DNA from: an uncultured Erysipelotrichaceae bacterium
Lineage (GTDB): Bacteria > Bacillota_I > Bacilli_A > RF39 > UBA660
Length of the DNA: 50,589 nt
Direction of reading: 5' to 3'
NCBI GenBank assembly: GCA_902767365.1
Contig: CACXGX010000046.1
Coordinates: 1-50,589 of the forward strand
A program made the position numbers and the translations under genes. Positions 40,840-50,444 of the stretch are shown here, in pieces. A model generated the notes under the pieces. That model had not been told where the DNA came from, ran no database searches, and worked only from the letters and a program-made list of their open reading frames with translations. The first letter of the stretch is position 1; every line of letters starts with the position of its first letter.

Positions 40840-42634
40840 TTTCATCCATAGATAATACACTCATAAAAGCTTCTTGTGGAAGTTCAACACTACCAACTTG
40901 TTTCATACGTTTCTTTCCTTCTTTTTGTTTTTCAAGAAGTTTTCTTTTACGAGTAACATCTCCTCCATAACACTTTGCAAGAACATCCTTTCTTAAAGCT
41001 TTAACTGTTTCTCTTGCTATAACATGATTACCTAAAGATGCTTGTATAGGTATTTCAAACAATTGTCTAGGAATTGATTTTCTTAAAGATTGTACAACAT
41101 TTCTACCACGATTATAAGCAAAATCTTTATGTACAATAACAGATAAAGCATCAATTACTTCACCATTTAATAAAATATCCATTTTAACAAGATCACTTGG
41201 TTTATAACCAATTAACTCATAGTCAAAAGAAGCATACCCTTTAGTATAAGACTTAAGCTTATCAAAAAAATCATACACTATTTCAGATAAAGGTAACTCA
41301 TAATGAATATTTACTCTAGTAGGATCAATATAATCCATTCCAATATAAATACCACGCTTATTTTGACATAATTCCATAATTGGTCCGATAAATTCACTAG
41401 GAGTAAAGATACTAGTTCTTATATATGGTTCTTTAATTTCCTTTAAAACAGTTTTATCAGGCATTTTATTTGGAGCATCTACCATAAATGTTTCACCATT
41501 AGTAAGTAATGCTTCGTAAACAACAGATGGAGCTGTAGTAATTATTTCAATATTAAATTCACGAGTAATACGCTCTTTTATAATATCCATATGTAAAAGG
41601 CCTAAAAAACCACATCTAAATCCAAAACCAAGTGCCGTTGACGTTTCCGGTTCAAATACTAAAGATGCATCATTAAGTTGTAATTTAGACAAAGCATCAC
41701 GTAAATCTTCAAACTTTGATGATTCAACAGGATAAAGTCCACAAAAAACCATTGATTTCATTGGTTTATAACCAGGTAAAGGATCTTTAGCAGGATTCTT
41801 TAAAAGAGTAATTGTATCTCCTACTTTAACATCACTAATACTTTTAATACTAGCAGATATATAACCAACTTCTCCACTAGATAAAGAACTCTTTTTTACT
41901 TCCCATGGATTCTTAATATATAAATCAACCACTTCATATGATGCACCAGTTTCCATCATTTTTATTGTATCTCCAACTTTTAAAGATCCATTAAAAATAC
42001 GAGCCGCAATTACAACTCCACGATAAGAATCAAAAATACTATCAAATATTAATGCTTGTAAAGGAGAATCATTATCCCCTTTAGGACAAGGAATTTTCCT
42101 AACAACTTCATTAAGTAATTCTTTTATTCCAACACCAGTCTTTGCACTAGTAAGAATAATTTCATCTTCATCAAAACCAATTAAATCGATAAGTTCTTTT
42201 TTTACTTTCTCTATATCAGCATTAGGTAAATCTATTTTATTAATAACAGGAATAATTGTTAAATTATTATCAAGTGCTAAATAAAGATTAGCAAGAGTTT
42301 GAGCTTCTATTCCTTGAGCAGCATCTACAACTAAAAGAGCACCCTCACAAGATGCAAGAGATCTTGAAACTTCGTAAGAAAAATCTACATGTCCAGGAGT
42401 ATCAATTAAATTTAGCAAATATTCTTCATCATTACAAATATATTTTAAAGATGCAGTATTAAGTTTAATAGTAATACCACGTTCTCTTTCAATATCCATA
42501 CTATCTAAAAGTTGTGCTTTAGCTTCTCTTTCACTAACAGCATGAGTTTCTTCAAGAATTCTATCAGCTAAAGTACTTTTTCCATGATCTATATGTGCTA
42601 TAATTGAAAAATTTCTAATATGACTTTTATCCAT
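40832..42634 (-). CDS. lepA: Elongation factor 4
   Basis: [48 protein letters not shown]. Confidence 0.99.
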   Translation of the reverse strand: MDKSHIRNFSIIAHIDHGKSTLADRILEETHAVSEREAKAQLLDSMDIERERGITIKLNTASLKYICNDEEYLLNLIDTPGHVDFSYEVSRSLASCEGALLVVDAAQGIEAQTLANLYLALDNNLTIIPVINKIDLPNADIEKVKKELIDLIGFDEDEIILTSAKTGVGIKELLNEVVRKIPCPKGDNDSPLQALIFDSIFDSYRGVVIAARIFNGSLKVGDTIKMMETGASYEVVDLYIKNPWEVKKSSLSSGEVGYISASIKSISDVKVGDTITLLKNPAKDPLPGYKPMKSMVFCGLYPVESSKFEDLRDALSKLQLNDASLVFEPETSTALGFGFRCGFLGLLHMDIIKERITREFNIEIITTAPSVVYEALLTNGETFMVDAPNKMPDKTVLKEIKEPYIRTSIFTPSEFIGPIMELCQNKRGIYIGMDYIDPTRVNIHYELPLSEIVYDFFDKLKSYTKGYASFDYELIGYKPSDLVKMDILLNGEVIDALSVIVHKDFAYNRGRNVVQSLRKSIPRQLFEIPIQASLGNHVIARETVKALRKDVLAKCYGGDVTRKRKLLEKQKEGKKRMKQVGSVELPQEAFMSVLSMDENE

Positions 42635-42703
42635 ATAATCACCTTCTAACTACAATATTATAATATTTTGATAAAAAAAAGAAAAGATAAATAATCTTTT
42701 CAA

Positions 42704-43006
42704 TTAATTAAAACGACGGCTATGTTTTTCCTCTTCATCACCATAATAAAATTTATCATAAAGTTTATTAATAGCAATAGCAACAGTTTGTCTAGCATAT
42801 TTTCTTTTGTCTTTCATTACTTCAGGCAATTCATATTTAGGATCATAACATTGAATAGCTAAATCCATAATCTGATATAAATCTTGGTCAGATAAATTAT
42901 TATCTCTAACGTATAATGAAGCCTCCATAACCATTTTATTATAAAAATCTAATGGAATTCCATTCTCTCTAGCAACTTCTCTTAATTCATCAATAACTTC
43001 ATTCAT
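42704..43006 (-). CDS. Hypothetical protein
   Basis: 100-aa ORF, RBS gaggtg, followed by terminator-like hairpin 42673-42701. Confidence 0.75.
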   Translation of the reverse strand: MNEVIDELREVARENGIPLDFYNKMVMEASLYVRDNNLSDQDLYQIMDLAIQCYDPKYELPEVMKDKRKYARQTVAIAINKLYDKFYYGDEEEKHSRRFN

Positions 43007-43031
43007 TTTTTACACCTCTATATTTATTATA

Positions 43032-44441
43032 CTAGTCTTTTTCAAAAAAACTAGTAATTTCGTCATAATCATTATATGGTAGATATTTATCTTCTATTGC
43101 CATATAATTATCTCTACCTTTCCCTGCTACTAAAACTATATCATTATCTTTAGCAATAGATAAAGCCTTATTTATTGCTTCTTTTCTATTAATAATTCTT
43201 TCATAATTATCTTTATTACTATTAGAAACTAAATCATCTATAATACTATTTACATCTTCATATCTAGGATCATCCATAGTAAAAATAGTATAATCAGAGT
43301 TATCAAGTACAACTTTCCCCATTTCTTTTCTTTTTTCTTTCTCACGCCCTCCAGCACTACCAGTAACAGTAATTATTCTTCCTTTTTTAACTTTATTTAA
43401 ATAATTATATAATTTTGTAAAAGCATCAGTTGTATGAGCATAATCAAGAATAATCTTATATTTTTGACCAAAATCTAAAAATTCACATCTACCTTTAGGT
43501 ACAGTTATATTACTAATTCTATTTATAATATCTTCAATAGAATAACCTAAAGACAAAAGTGTAAGAAATGCTGCACATAAATTATATATATTATATTCTC
43601 CCACTAAAGGTGACACTATATCAAATAAATTGTTATCATACTTTAAAGTAATAAAAGTTTTATCAATATATTCCTTACATTTAATTATTTGAAGATCAGC
43701 TTCTTTTTTACCATAAGTTAATATTTTCCCTTTAGAAACTCTTTTAAAATCATTAAAATACTTATCATCAACATTTAAAATAGAATATCCATTATTTTTA
43801 ACTTGTTTAACTAATTCTTTCTTACAAGATAAATAATTATCTAAAGTTTTATGAACATTCAAGTGATCTTCAGTAACATTTGTGACAATACCTACGTCAA
43901 ATGTAATATTAGTTAATCTATTTCGAAAAAAAGCTTCACTAGAAGTTTCCATGCTTATAATTTGGCAACCATCATCTTTTAACCATTTAAAATATTTATA
44001 CAATCGATCAGAATCTGGAGTTGTATTTTTTATAGTTTCATTAATATTATCAGATCTAATACCATTCGTACCTATATAACCACAAATTGATCCAATCATA
44101 TCTTTAATAATTGATGCAACCGTTGTTTTACCATTAGTACCTGTTACACCTATTATAGTAAAATAGTTTTCATCATAATCATAAAATTTTTGACATATTT
44201 TAGATAATTCTAGATTGGGATTTTCAACGTATATTAAAGGAACATCAATTTCAATTTTTTTGTTTGTAACAACAGCTGCTGCACCATTTTTTATAGCTTC
44301 ATCTATAAAATCATTACGATTGGTTGTAACACCATTAACGCATACAAATAAATCTCCATCTTTTACTTCTTTCGAATTAATTTTGATATCTTTAATTAAA
44401 ATATCAGGAAAATTTGAATATAATTCATTTAATTTTTTCAT
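43032..44441 (-). CDS. murE: UDP-MurNAc-tripeptide synthetase MurE
   Basis: GVTGTNGKTT, TTPD, METSS, DHL, DYAHT, DDPR, AGKG. Confidence 0.92.
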   Translation of the reverse strand: MKKLNELYSNFPDILIKDIKINSKEVKDGDLFVCVNGVTTNRNDFIDEAIKNGAAAVVTNKKIEIDVPLIYVENPNLELSKICQKFYDYDENYFTIIGVTGTNGKTTVASIIKDMIGSICGYIGTNGIRSDNINETIKNTTPDSDRLYKYFKWLKDDGCQIISMETSSEAFFRNRLTNITFDVGIVTNVTEDHLNVHKTLDNYLSCKKELVKQVKNNGYSILNVDDKYFNDFKRVSKGKILTYGKKEADLQIIKCKEYIDKTFITLKYDNNLFDIVSPLVGEYNIYNLCAAFLTLLSLGYSIEDIINRISNITVPKGRCEFLDFGQKYKIILDYAHTTDAFTKLYNYLNKVKKGRIITVTGSAGGREKEKRKEMGKVVLDNSDYTIFTMDDPRYEDVNSIIDDLVSNSNKDNYERIINRKEAINKALSIAKDNDIVLVAGKGRDNYMAIEDKYLPYNDYDEITSFFEKD

Positions 44442-44492
44442 AAACTCACCATCAATATAACAATATGAAAAAAAGTATCAATTAATGATACT

Positions 44493-44909
44493 TCACTCTT
44501 CTACACATAATTCATTATCTGTAACATAATTATCGCAATATAAGCAAACTTTAAACTTATAATTTAAATTACCTCTATTTTCAACTCTTACAAAACTTTT
44601 TTCAGTATTACAAGAACCTTTATCATCCAATTTAAGTGGATCAATATAGCCTTCATTAATTAAATCATCTAATTTAATAATTGTAATTTTACCTTTTTCT
44701 GGAGCTTCACACCTAGTAGAATTGTTACCAATACACTCTAATACAGCATTTGTAGCAGCATCTTCTACACTTTTTTCATATGTTAAAAATGTAGTAAGTC
44801 TTCCTCTACCTATATACTGAGTGACACTTGGAACTGCAATAATTCCTATAATACCTATAACCACAACAACACCAAGCATTTCAAATAGTGATAATCCTCT
44901 ATTATTCAT
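44493..44909 (-). CDS. Type IV pilin (ComGC-like size), Cys-rich
   Basis: True start MNNRG|LSLFEML at 44909 with RBS gaggtg; ..IAVPSV; six Cys. Confidence 0.85.
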   Translation of the reverse strand: MNNRGLSLFEMLGVVVVIGIIGIIAVPSVTQYIGRGRLTTFLTYEKSVEDAATNAVLECIGNNSTRCEAPEKGKITIIKLDDLINEGYIDPLKLDDKGSCNTEKSFVRVENRGNLNYKFKVCLYCDNYVTDNELCVEE

Positions 44910-44934
44910 ATAAACACCTCTACTCTCATTATTA

Positions 44935-44963
44935 ATTGTAAACGTAAGACAACAAGGTGTCAA
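44935..44963 (-). promoter_or_regulatory. Sigma-A promoter TTGACA-N17-TACAAT of the pilin gene
   Basis: Near-consensus hexamers with exact 17-bp spacing. Confidence 0.7.
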
Positions 44964-45000
44964 TTTAAAAAAGTAAATTTTACACTTATAAAATGTAAAG

Positions 45001-45768
45001 TTACAACACAGCATTCATCTTATTTAACGTCATTAATTTCTTTTTAATATTGAAATAAATTCCCGTATGATCTTCATAATAATTATCAATAAACTCTTCT
45101 ACTTCATTAATTCCATCTAATTCATCTAATTTTTTTATCTTGTCTATATCAACATAGTAAAGCATTCTAATTAATTTTAAGGCCGCTTGACTAGTTATTT
45201 TTTCATTTGTATAACATTCCCTGCAAACAAATCCAAAACTCTTAGAATCTAAAGATATTATTTCAAAGTTACCCCCACATATAGAACAAGAATCTATATT
45301 TGGAAGAACACCTAAAAATTTTAAATATTTAAGCATTACAATGTCTAAAAGAACTTTAGGAGAAAGTCCATCGTTAATTTTAGATAAAGTTGACTTTAAA
45401 ATATCATAAATATCTTTAACTTCATTTTCATCAATTTGCTTTTGTCCTAATACTTGTACTGTTAAGTCAATAATAGTAAAAGCATACATTTTTTTCTCTA
45501 AGTCATGATAATCTAAAATTATATTTTTATAAATATCTATTATGTCAACCCCTATTAAAGTTGACAAACCATTATCTTTATAAGAGATATCAAAATTAGC
45601 AAGTATTAATTTATTACTTCCTTCTCTTAAATTACTTTTAGTTTTTTTACAACCCTTTGAAAGAACACTAATAATTCCTAAATCTTTTGTAAAAATCCTT
45701 AATATTTTACTAGATTCACTATAGTTTTGTTCTCCTACTACTATTCCCTCTATTTTTATTATCTTCAT
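45001..45768 (-). CDS. recO: DNA repair protein RecO
   Basis: IEGIV...NYSESSKIL..FTKDLG, CSICG...VCREC zinc finger; follows era. Confidence 0.9.
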   Translation of the reverse strand: MKIIKIEGIVVGEQNYSESSKILRIFTKDLGIISVLSKGCKKTKSNLREGSNKLILANFDISYKDNGLSTLIGVDIIDIYKNIILDYHDLEKKMYAFTIIDLTVQVLGQKQIDENEVKDIYDILKSTLSKINDGLSPKVLLDIVMLKYLKFLGVLPNIDSCSICGGNFEIISLDSKSFGFVCRECYTNEKITSQAALKLIRMLYYVDIDKIKKLDELDGINEVEEFIDNYYEDHTGIYFNIKKKLMTLNKMNAVL

Positions 45769-45853
45769 TATTAACACTTCCAAGTTTTTTAATTAATAAA
45801 AAATATTTAATATTACCAGTTTTCTTAAATAATTTCCAAAGTAGTTCATCCAT
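45719..45853 (-). CDS. yqzL: YqzL-family small protein (44 aa), not in ORF track
   Basis: MDELLWKLFKKTGNIKYFLLIKKL...; W..F..TG.I..(Y/F)LL motif, era-yqzL-recO synteny, RBS ggtga. Confidence 0.75.
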   Translation of the reverse strand: MDELLWKLFKKTGNIKYFLLIKKLGSVNNEDNKNRGNSSRRTKL

Positions 45854-45888
45854 AAAAATATCACCATTATTATAATGGTAATATTTTA

Positions 45889-46773
45889 TTATTTTAATTC
45901 ATAAAATCCTAATTCTCTTAAATATTTTTCTTTTTCACGCCAGTCTTCTATAACCTTTACATAAGTTTTTAGATTAACTTTCTTACCCAAAAACTCTTCT
46001 ATATCACCACGAGAATAGATACCAACTTTTTTAAGTAATTGCCCATTTTTACCTATAATTATTTTTTTTAAATTTTCCCTATCTACAATTATCAATACTT
46101 GTATATCAATATATTTTTCTAATTCCTCATATGATTCTACTAAGCAAGTAATAGTATGTGGAACTTCATCTTTTGTTAATCTTAATAATTTTTCACGAAC
46201 TACTTCCGCAATATAAAAATCTCTACTAATATTTGTAATTGTTTCAGGATCATATAAAATTCCATCTCTTGGTAAATATTTTTTTATTGTTTTAATTAAA
46301 TCACTTATATTATCATTTTTTAAAGAAGATATAGGTATAATTTCATCAAAATTATATAACTCATTATATTTAGTAATTAAATTTAATAATTCTTTTTTAT
46401 CAATTAAATCTATCTTATTCAAAAGAAGTAATACAGGTTTACCATTATTTTTAATTTTATCGAGAACAAATTGATCACCTTTTCCGAATTGTTTAGTAAC
46501 ATCAACTAAAAAAAGAATTACATCAACTTCTTCAATCATATGATACGCTTGATTGTTCATAACAGTTCCAAGTTTGTTAACAGGTTTATGAATTCCAGGA
46601 GTATCAATAAAAACAATTTGAGAATCATCGTCATTATATATTCCTTCTATAACATTTCTAGTAGTTCCAGATACGTTAGAAGTAATTGCTATTTTTCTTT
46701 CAATTAAAGTATTTAAAAGAGTACTCTTACCAACATTAGGTCTTCCTACAATACTTACAAAACCACTTTTCAT
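45889..46773 (-). CDS. era: GTPase Era
   Basis: KSGFVSIVGRPNVGKSTL, DTPGIH, NKID, KH domain IIIGKNG. Confidence 0.97.
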   Translation of the reverse strand: MKSGFVSIVGRPNVGKSTLLNTLIERKIAITSNVSGTTRNVIEGIYNDDDSQIVFIDTPGIHKPVNKLGTVMNNQAYHMIEEVDVILFLVDVTKQFGKGDQFVLDKIKNNGKPVLLLLNKIDLIDKKELLNLITKYNELYNFDEIIPISSLKNDNISDLIKTIKKYLPRDGILYDPETITNISRDFYIAEVVREKLLRLTKDEVPHTITCLVESYEELEKYIDIQVLIIVDRENLKKIIIGKNGQLLKKVGIYSRGDIEEFLGKKVNLKTYVKVIEDWREKEKYLRELGFYELK

Positions 46774-47159
46774 TATTTTAAATCATCCTCTCCAAATGGA
46801 TATGGGCATAATTCTTTAACAGTATATTCTTTATAATCACCATTTGTAGCATAACATCTCACAATTGCATCCAAGTCAAATAACTCAGATATCATTTGTC
46901 TACATACAAAACAAGGCATTCCTATTTTTCCAGAAGAAACCATTACATTTACTTCTTTAAAATCTCCTTTTTTAGCCCCATCTGTAATTGCAGAAAAAAT
47001 AGCATTTCTTTCAGCACATGTTCCCGCTCTTGTTGAAGCATCTTCAACATTAACACCATAATACTCTTTTCCATTTTTTAAAACAACACAAGCAGAAACT
47101 GGAAAATTAGAAACTGGAACATAACTATTGTTATGTAATTCTAATAATTTATCTTTCAT
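46773..47159 (-). CDS. cdd: Cytidine deaminase
   Basis: YVPVSNFPV, NVE, CAERNA, PCFVCRQ. Confidence 0.93.
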   Translation of the reverse strand: MKDKLLELHNNSYVPVSNFPVSACVVLKNGKEYYGVNVEDASTRAGTCAERNAIFSAITDGAKKGDFKEVNVMVSSGKIGMPCFVCRQMISELFDLDAIVRCYATNGDYKEYTVKELCPYPFGEDDLK

Positions 47160-47167
47160 ATAACCTC

Positions 47168-47554
47168 CTATAACAAATCAATAAACTTTGGAATAAATAT
47201 CAAAAAACCAACGACAGAAGACAAGATTGCTGCAAACATAACAGCTCCTGCCGCAACATCCTTACTAATTTTAGCAATAGGATGCAAATTAGGCATAGCA
47301 AGATTAACAGCTTCTTCAATTGCAGTATTAACTAGTTCAAGGGCCATAACTAAACCGAAACAAATAGTTAAAAGGGCCCATTCTAACAAACTGATTCTAA
47401 AAACAAAACCACATACAATAACAATTGCTGTAACAAATAAGTCAACTCTTAGATTTTTTGTAGTCCTAAAACCATATATTAATCCATCAAAAGCATGATG
47501 AAAACTATCAAATAAATTTTTACTTTTATACTTTTTATTATCTTTCGATGCCAT
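47168..47554 (-). CDS. dgkA: Diacylglycerol/undecaprenol kinase
   Basis: SF..AFDG, ELVNTAIE, KDVAAGAV. Confidence 0.92.
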   Translation of the reverse strand: MASKDNKKYKSKNLFDSFHHAFDGLIYGFRTTKNLRVDLFVTAIVIVCGFVFRISLLEWALLTICFGLVMALELVNTAIEEAVNLAMPNLHPIAKISKDVAAGAVMFAAILSSVVGFLIFIPKFIDLL

Positions 47555-47981
47555 AACGAGACAATACCTCCTCTTGTTTTGCAAACATTACTTTTTCATC
47601 TTCTTTATTCATATGATCATACCCAAGTAAATGAAGTAGTCCATGAATTGATAAAAAATATAATTCTCTTTTAAAAGAATGTCCATAAAGTATACTCTGA
47701 CTTCTAACTTTATCAATAGAAATATAAATATCACCAAGAATTCTAATATCTGTTCTATTATATGTCTTATCATCTTCTAAAGCAAAACTTATAACATCAG
47801 TAGGTCTATCAATACCCCTATATTTTTTATTAATCTCATGTATTTTTTCATCATTTACAATGATAACATTAAAAACAACATTAAGAAGTTTTTCATCTTC
47901 ACAAACTTTATATAAAAATTCTTTTAAATTATCAAGTTCATCAACTTTTTCATCTAAAAGATTAATTACTTCTATATTCAT
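47538..47981 (-). CDS. ybeY: rRNA maturation endoribonuclease YbeY
   Basis: PTDVISF, LGDIYIS, HGLLHLLGYDH. Confidence 0.97.
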   Translation of the reverse strand: MNIEVINLLDEKVDELDNLKEFLYKVCEDEKLLNVVFNVIIVNDEKIHEINKKYRGIDRPTDVISFALEDDKTYNRTDIRILGDIYISIDKVRSQSILYGHSFKRELYFLSIHGLLHLLGYDHMNKEDEKVMFAKQEEVLSRYGIER

Positions 47982-47989
47982 AATACCTC

Positions 47990-48493
47990 CTACAACAATA
48001 AAAATAATAAGTAACCTAGTATTCCACCAATAACATTTAAAATTATATCATCAACATCAAATACTCGTCCAATTGACAATTGAGTACATTCAATTGAAAT
48101 AGAAGCTAAAAATACTAAAAATATACTTAATATTTTACTCTTACCTGAAAAATATCTTCCAACAAAATAACCATAAGGTAAAAACAATAAAACATTACCA
48201 ACAACATTTTTAATAAATAATCTACTAAACAATTTATATCTAAATATTTCTTTAAATGGAATAAAATTTGATCCCACAGAAGAAGAAGCATCAGTCAAAG
48301 TAACTATTTGGAACAAACACAATACATAAAAAGCAAAAAAGAATAAAAGTATTTCTTTATATAAAACTATTTTAATATTATTTTTATAAACATATGATAA
48401 TCTAAAAGAAACGAGTACAATTAAAGAAACAAAAACCATAGGCCATGTTAATAAAAATATATCTTTAAAGTTACTATAAAGGGATTGTATCAT
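47990..48493 (-). CDS. VanZ family membrane protein
   Basis: NFIPF, GNVLLFLPYG, IECTQ...GRVFDVDDIILNVIG. Confidence 0.88.
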   Translation of the reverse strand: MIQSLYSNFKDIFLLTWPMVFVSLIVLVSFRLSYVYKNNIKIVLYKEILLFFFAFYVLCLFQIVTLTDASSSVGSNFIPFKEIFRYKLFSRLFIKNVVGNVLLFLPYGYFVGRYFSGKSKILSIFLVFLASISIECTQLSIGRVFDVDDIILNVIGGILGYLLFLLL

Positions 48494-48497
48494 TCAC

Positions 48498-49646
48498 TCA
48501 TACTCCTTCATTTAAATAATATTTATATTGTGATATGTCTTCATACACTTTGAAAAATACCTCTACTCTAATTGTACTATCATTTAATATAGTTTTCAAT
48601 TTTTTTTGATATATAATATATTCATTTTTTCCTAGCTTACTAAGTATTTTTTCTTTTGCTCTATTAACAGCAATACTCTCATTAGTTATTAGATTTATAT
48701 CTTCATTTACTATAAATTCTTTTTCTTTATTATAACTAATTTTAAACATATTATAAAAATCATCATATATAGAAAAAGATGTAACATCCTTATTACTATA
48801 TTTATTATTATCAAATATATTAAAATTAATATCTAAAAAACTAATATTAAAAACATTTTTACTATTACCAGTATATTTTTTTTCATAATAATTAATTGGT
48901 AAAATAACATTAACTTTATACCATACTTCCGCATAAACATTACCACTAGCAGCAGTATTTCCTTTTACTTCATCTTTTTTGTGTATTTCACCACTAATCA
49001 AAATATCTCCCTTATTAACATAATCATCAACTTTTTTAACTACTTCCCCATTACTAGCAACAATCTTTTTAATTATTCCATCTTTTTTTGCAACTACATG
49101 TCTATTTATTAAATCTTTTTTTATTTCATTTATTACCCTTTTCTCCAATTTAACATAGTATTTTGTTCCAATTCTTTCTATCTCAATCCATTCAATATTA
49201 TTTTTATATTTATTTAAAATATTTTTTTTTATACTTTGAATATCATCATAATCTTTAATAAATTTATACTTTTTAATATTATAATTATCAAGTTCATTAT
49301 ATAATTTTTCATTTAATTCAAAATCATTTGATACAATAACAACATCAAAAATAACATTAGATAAAAAATATAAATATAGAATTCCTATAAAAAAAAATAT
49401 AATAAAACAAATATTAGATAGAATAAGTTTTTTTAAATATAAAATGCCTAATCCATCCAATACTTCAATCTTATAATATGTTTTTAAATCTAAAAGCTTA
49501 TCTAAACTTGACTTATCTACAATAGCAGTAAAAAAAGAATTTGATAGACTTATAGAATTAAGTTTAATTCCATAATTATGTAAAGACTTAATAAATCTTC
49601 TTAAATTTTTACCACTAACTCTTATTTTATAATATTTATTAAACAT
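48498..49646 (-). CDS. yqfD: Sporulation protein YqfD (SpoIV-like)
   Basis: IEWIEI...GT, VVAKKDGII..IVA..GE.V.KVDDYV.KGDILISG, A.G.VYAEVWY. Confidence 0.88.
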   Translation of the reverse strand: MFNKYYKIRVSGKNLRRFIKSLHNYGIKLNSISLSNSFFTAIVDKSSLDKLLDLKTYYKIEVLDGLGILYLKKLILSNICFIIFFFIGILYLYFLSNVIFDVVIVSNDFELNEKLYNELDNYNIKKYKFIKDYDDIQSIKKNILNKYKNNIEWIEIERIGTKYYVKLEKRVINEIKKDLINRHVVAKKDGIIKKIVASNGEVVKKVDDYVNKGDILISGEIHKKDEVKGNTAASGNVYAEVWYKVNVILPINYYEKKYTGNSKNVFNISFLDINFNIFDNNKYSNKDVTSFSIYDDFYNMFKISYNKEKEFIVNEDINLITNESIAVNRAKEKILSKLGKNEYIIYQKKLKTILNDSTIRVEVFFKVYEDISQYKYYLNEGV

Positions 49647-49884
49647 TATTTTCTCCTAATTCAATAGATTTAAAGTCACCAGATAATAATATTTCTTTAT
49701 CTAATAATTTATTAATTAAAATATTATTACCACGAATTATAATTTTACCTGTAATCATAGATAAAACTATCTTTTCAGGTTCAAGTATTAAAATATCAAT
49801 AAAATTATTAATATAAATATGTTTACCACAATAATTCAAAGAAAAATCACTACAATCAAGATAATTAGATAAACTTTTAAGCAT
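49639..49884 (-). CDS. yqfC: YabP/YqfC-family sporulation protein
   Basis: IYINNF..IL, IIIRG.NILI..L...EILLSG; directly upstream of yqfD. Confidence 0.75.
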   Translation of the reverse strand: MLKSLSNYLDCSDFSLNYCGKHIYINNFIDILILEPEKIVLSMITGKIIIRGNNILINKLLDKEILLSGDFKSIELGENNV

Positions 49885-49939
49885 ACATATCACCTAATAA
49901 AAAATATTAAATTAAATAAAAAAAAGAACAAATTGTTCT

Positions 49940-50383
49940 TTATAAATTACTTAATTTATCTTTTATTAATGAACTAACTTCTTTCATATCAGCCTTACCT
50001 TTTACTAAAGGAGTTACTTCTTTCATAACCAAGCCCATCTCTTTTTCACTTTTAGGATTAACTTTCTTAAAAACATCATCAATTATTTTTTCTAATTCAT
50101 CTTTCGATAATTGTTTTGGTAAATAAGTTTGTAAAAGTTCTATTTCTTTATTTGTTTTATCAACCAAATCATCTCTATTACCTTTTTCAAATTCAAGAAT
50201 AGATTCTTTTCTTGTTTTAATACCGCGAGATAACACATTAATCATTAACTCATCATTTATTTCGACACCTTTATTGATATGTTCCATATCAGCGTCCCCT
50301 TTAATACCTCTTAATGTTTGAAGTTTTAAAGTATCTTTTTCTTTCATTGCGCTAACAATATCATTTTTAATTTTTTCGTACAT
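49940..50383 (-). CDS. yqeY: GatB/YqeY domain protein
   Basis: AMKEKD, ESI.EF..GNR.DL, YLPKQLS, MGLVMK...KGKAD. Confidence 0.93.
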   Translation of the reverse strand: MYEKIKNDIVSAMKEKDTLKLQTLRGIKGDADMEHINKGVEINDELMINVLSRGIKTRKESILEFEKGNRDDLVDKTNKEIELLQTYLPKQLSKDELEKIIDDVFKKVNPKSEKEMGLVMKEVTPLVKGKADMKEVSSLIKDKLSNL

Positions 50384-50419
50384 AAAATCATCTCCCAAGC
50401 TAATTATATCAAATCGAAT

Positions 50420-50444
50420 AAAAAAAGACTAGTAACTAGTCTCT
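50420..50444 (-). terminator. Terminator after rpsU
   Basis: Minus strand agactagttactagtcttttttt. Confidence 0.7.

Noticed and set aside
7003-44460. Other short overlapping ORFs (7003, 14212, 18285, 19486, 21607, 26271, 29525, 35898, 36438, 36840, 39809, 43882, 44215)
   Set aside because: They overlap well-supported genes on the opposite strand and their composition mirrors the sense codons
44910-45014. 35-aa N-terminal extension of the pilin ORF
   Set aside because: Runs through the promoter and the recO stop; RBS and class III signal place the start at 44909
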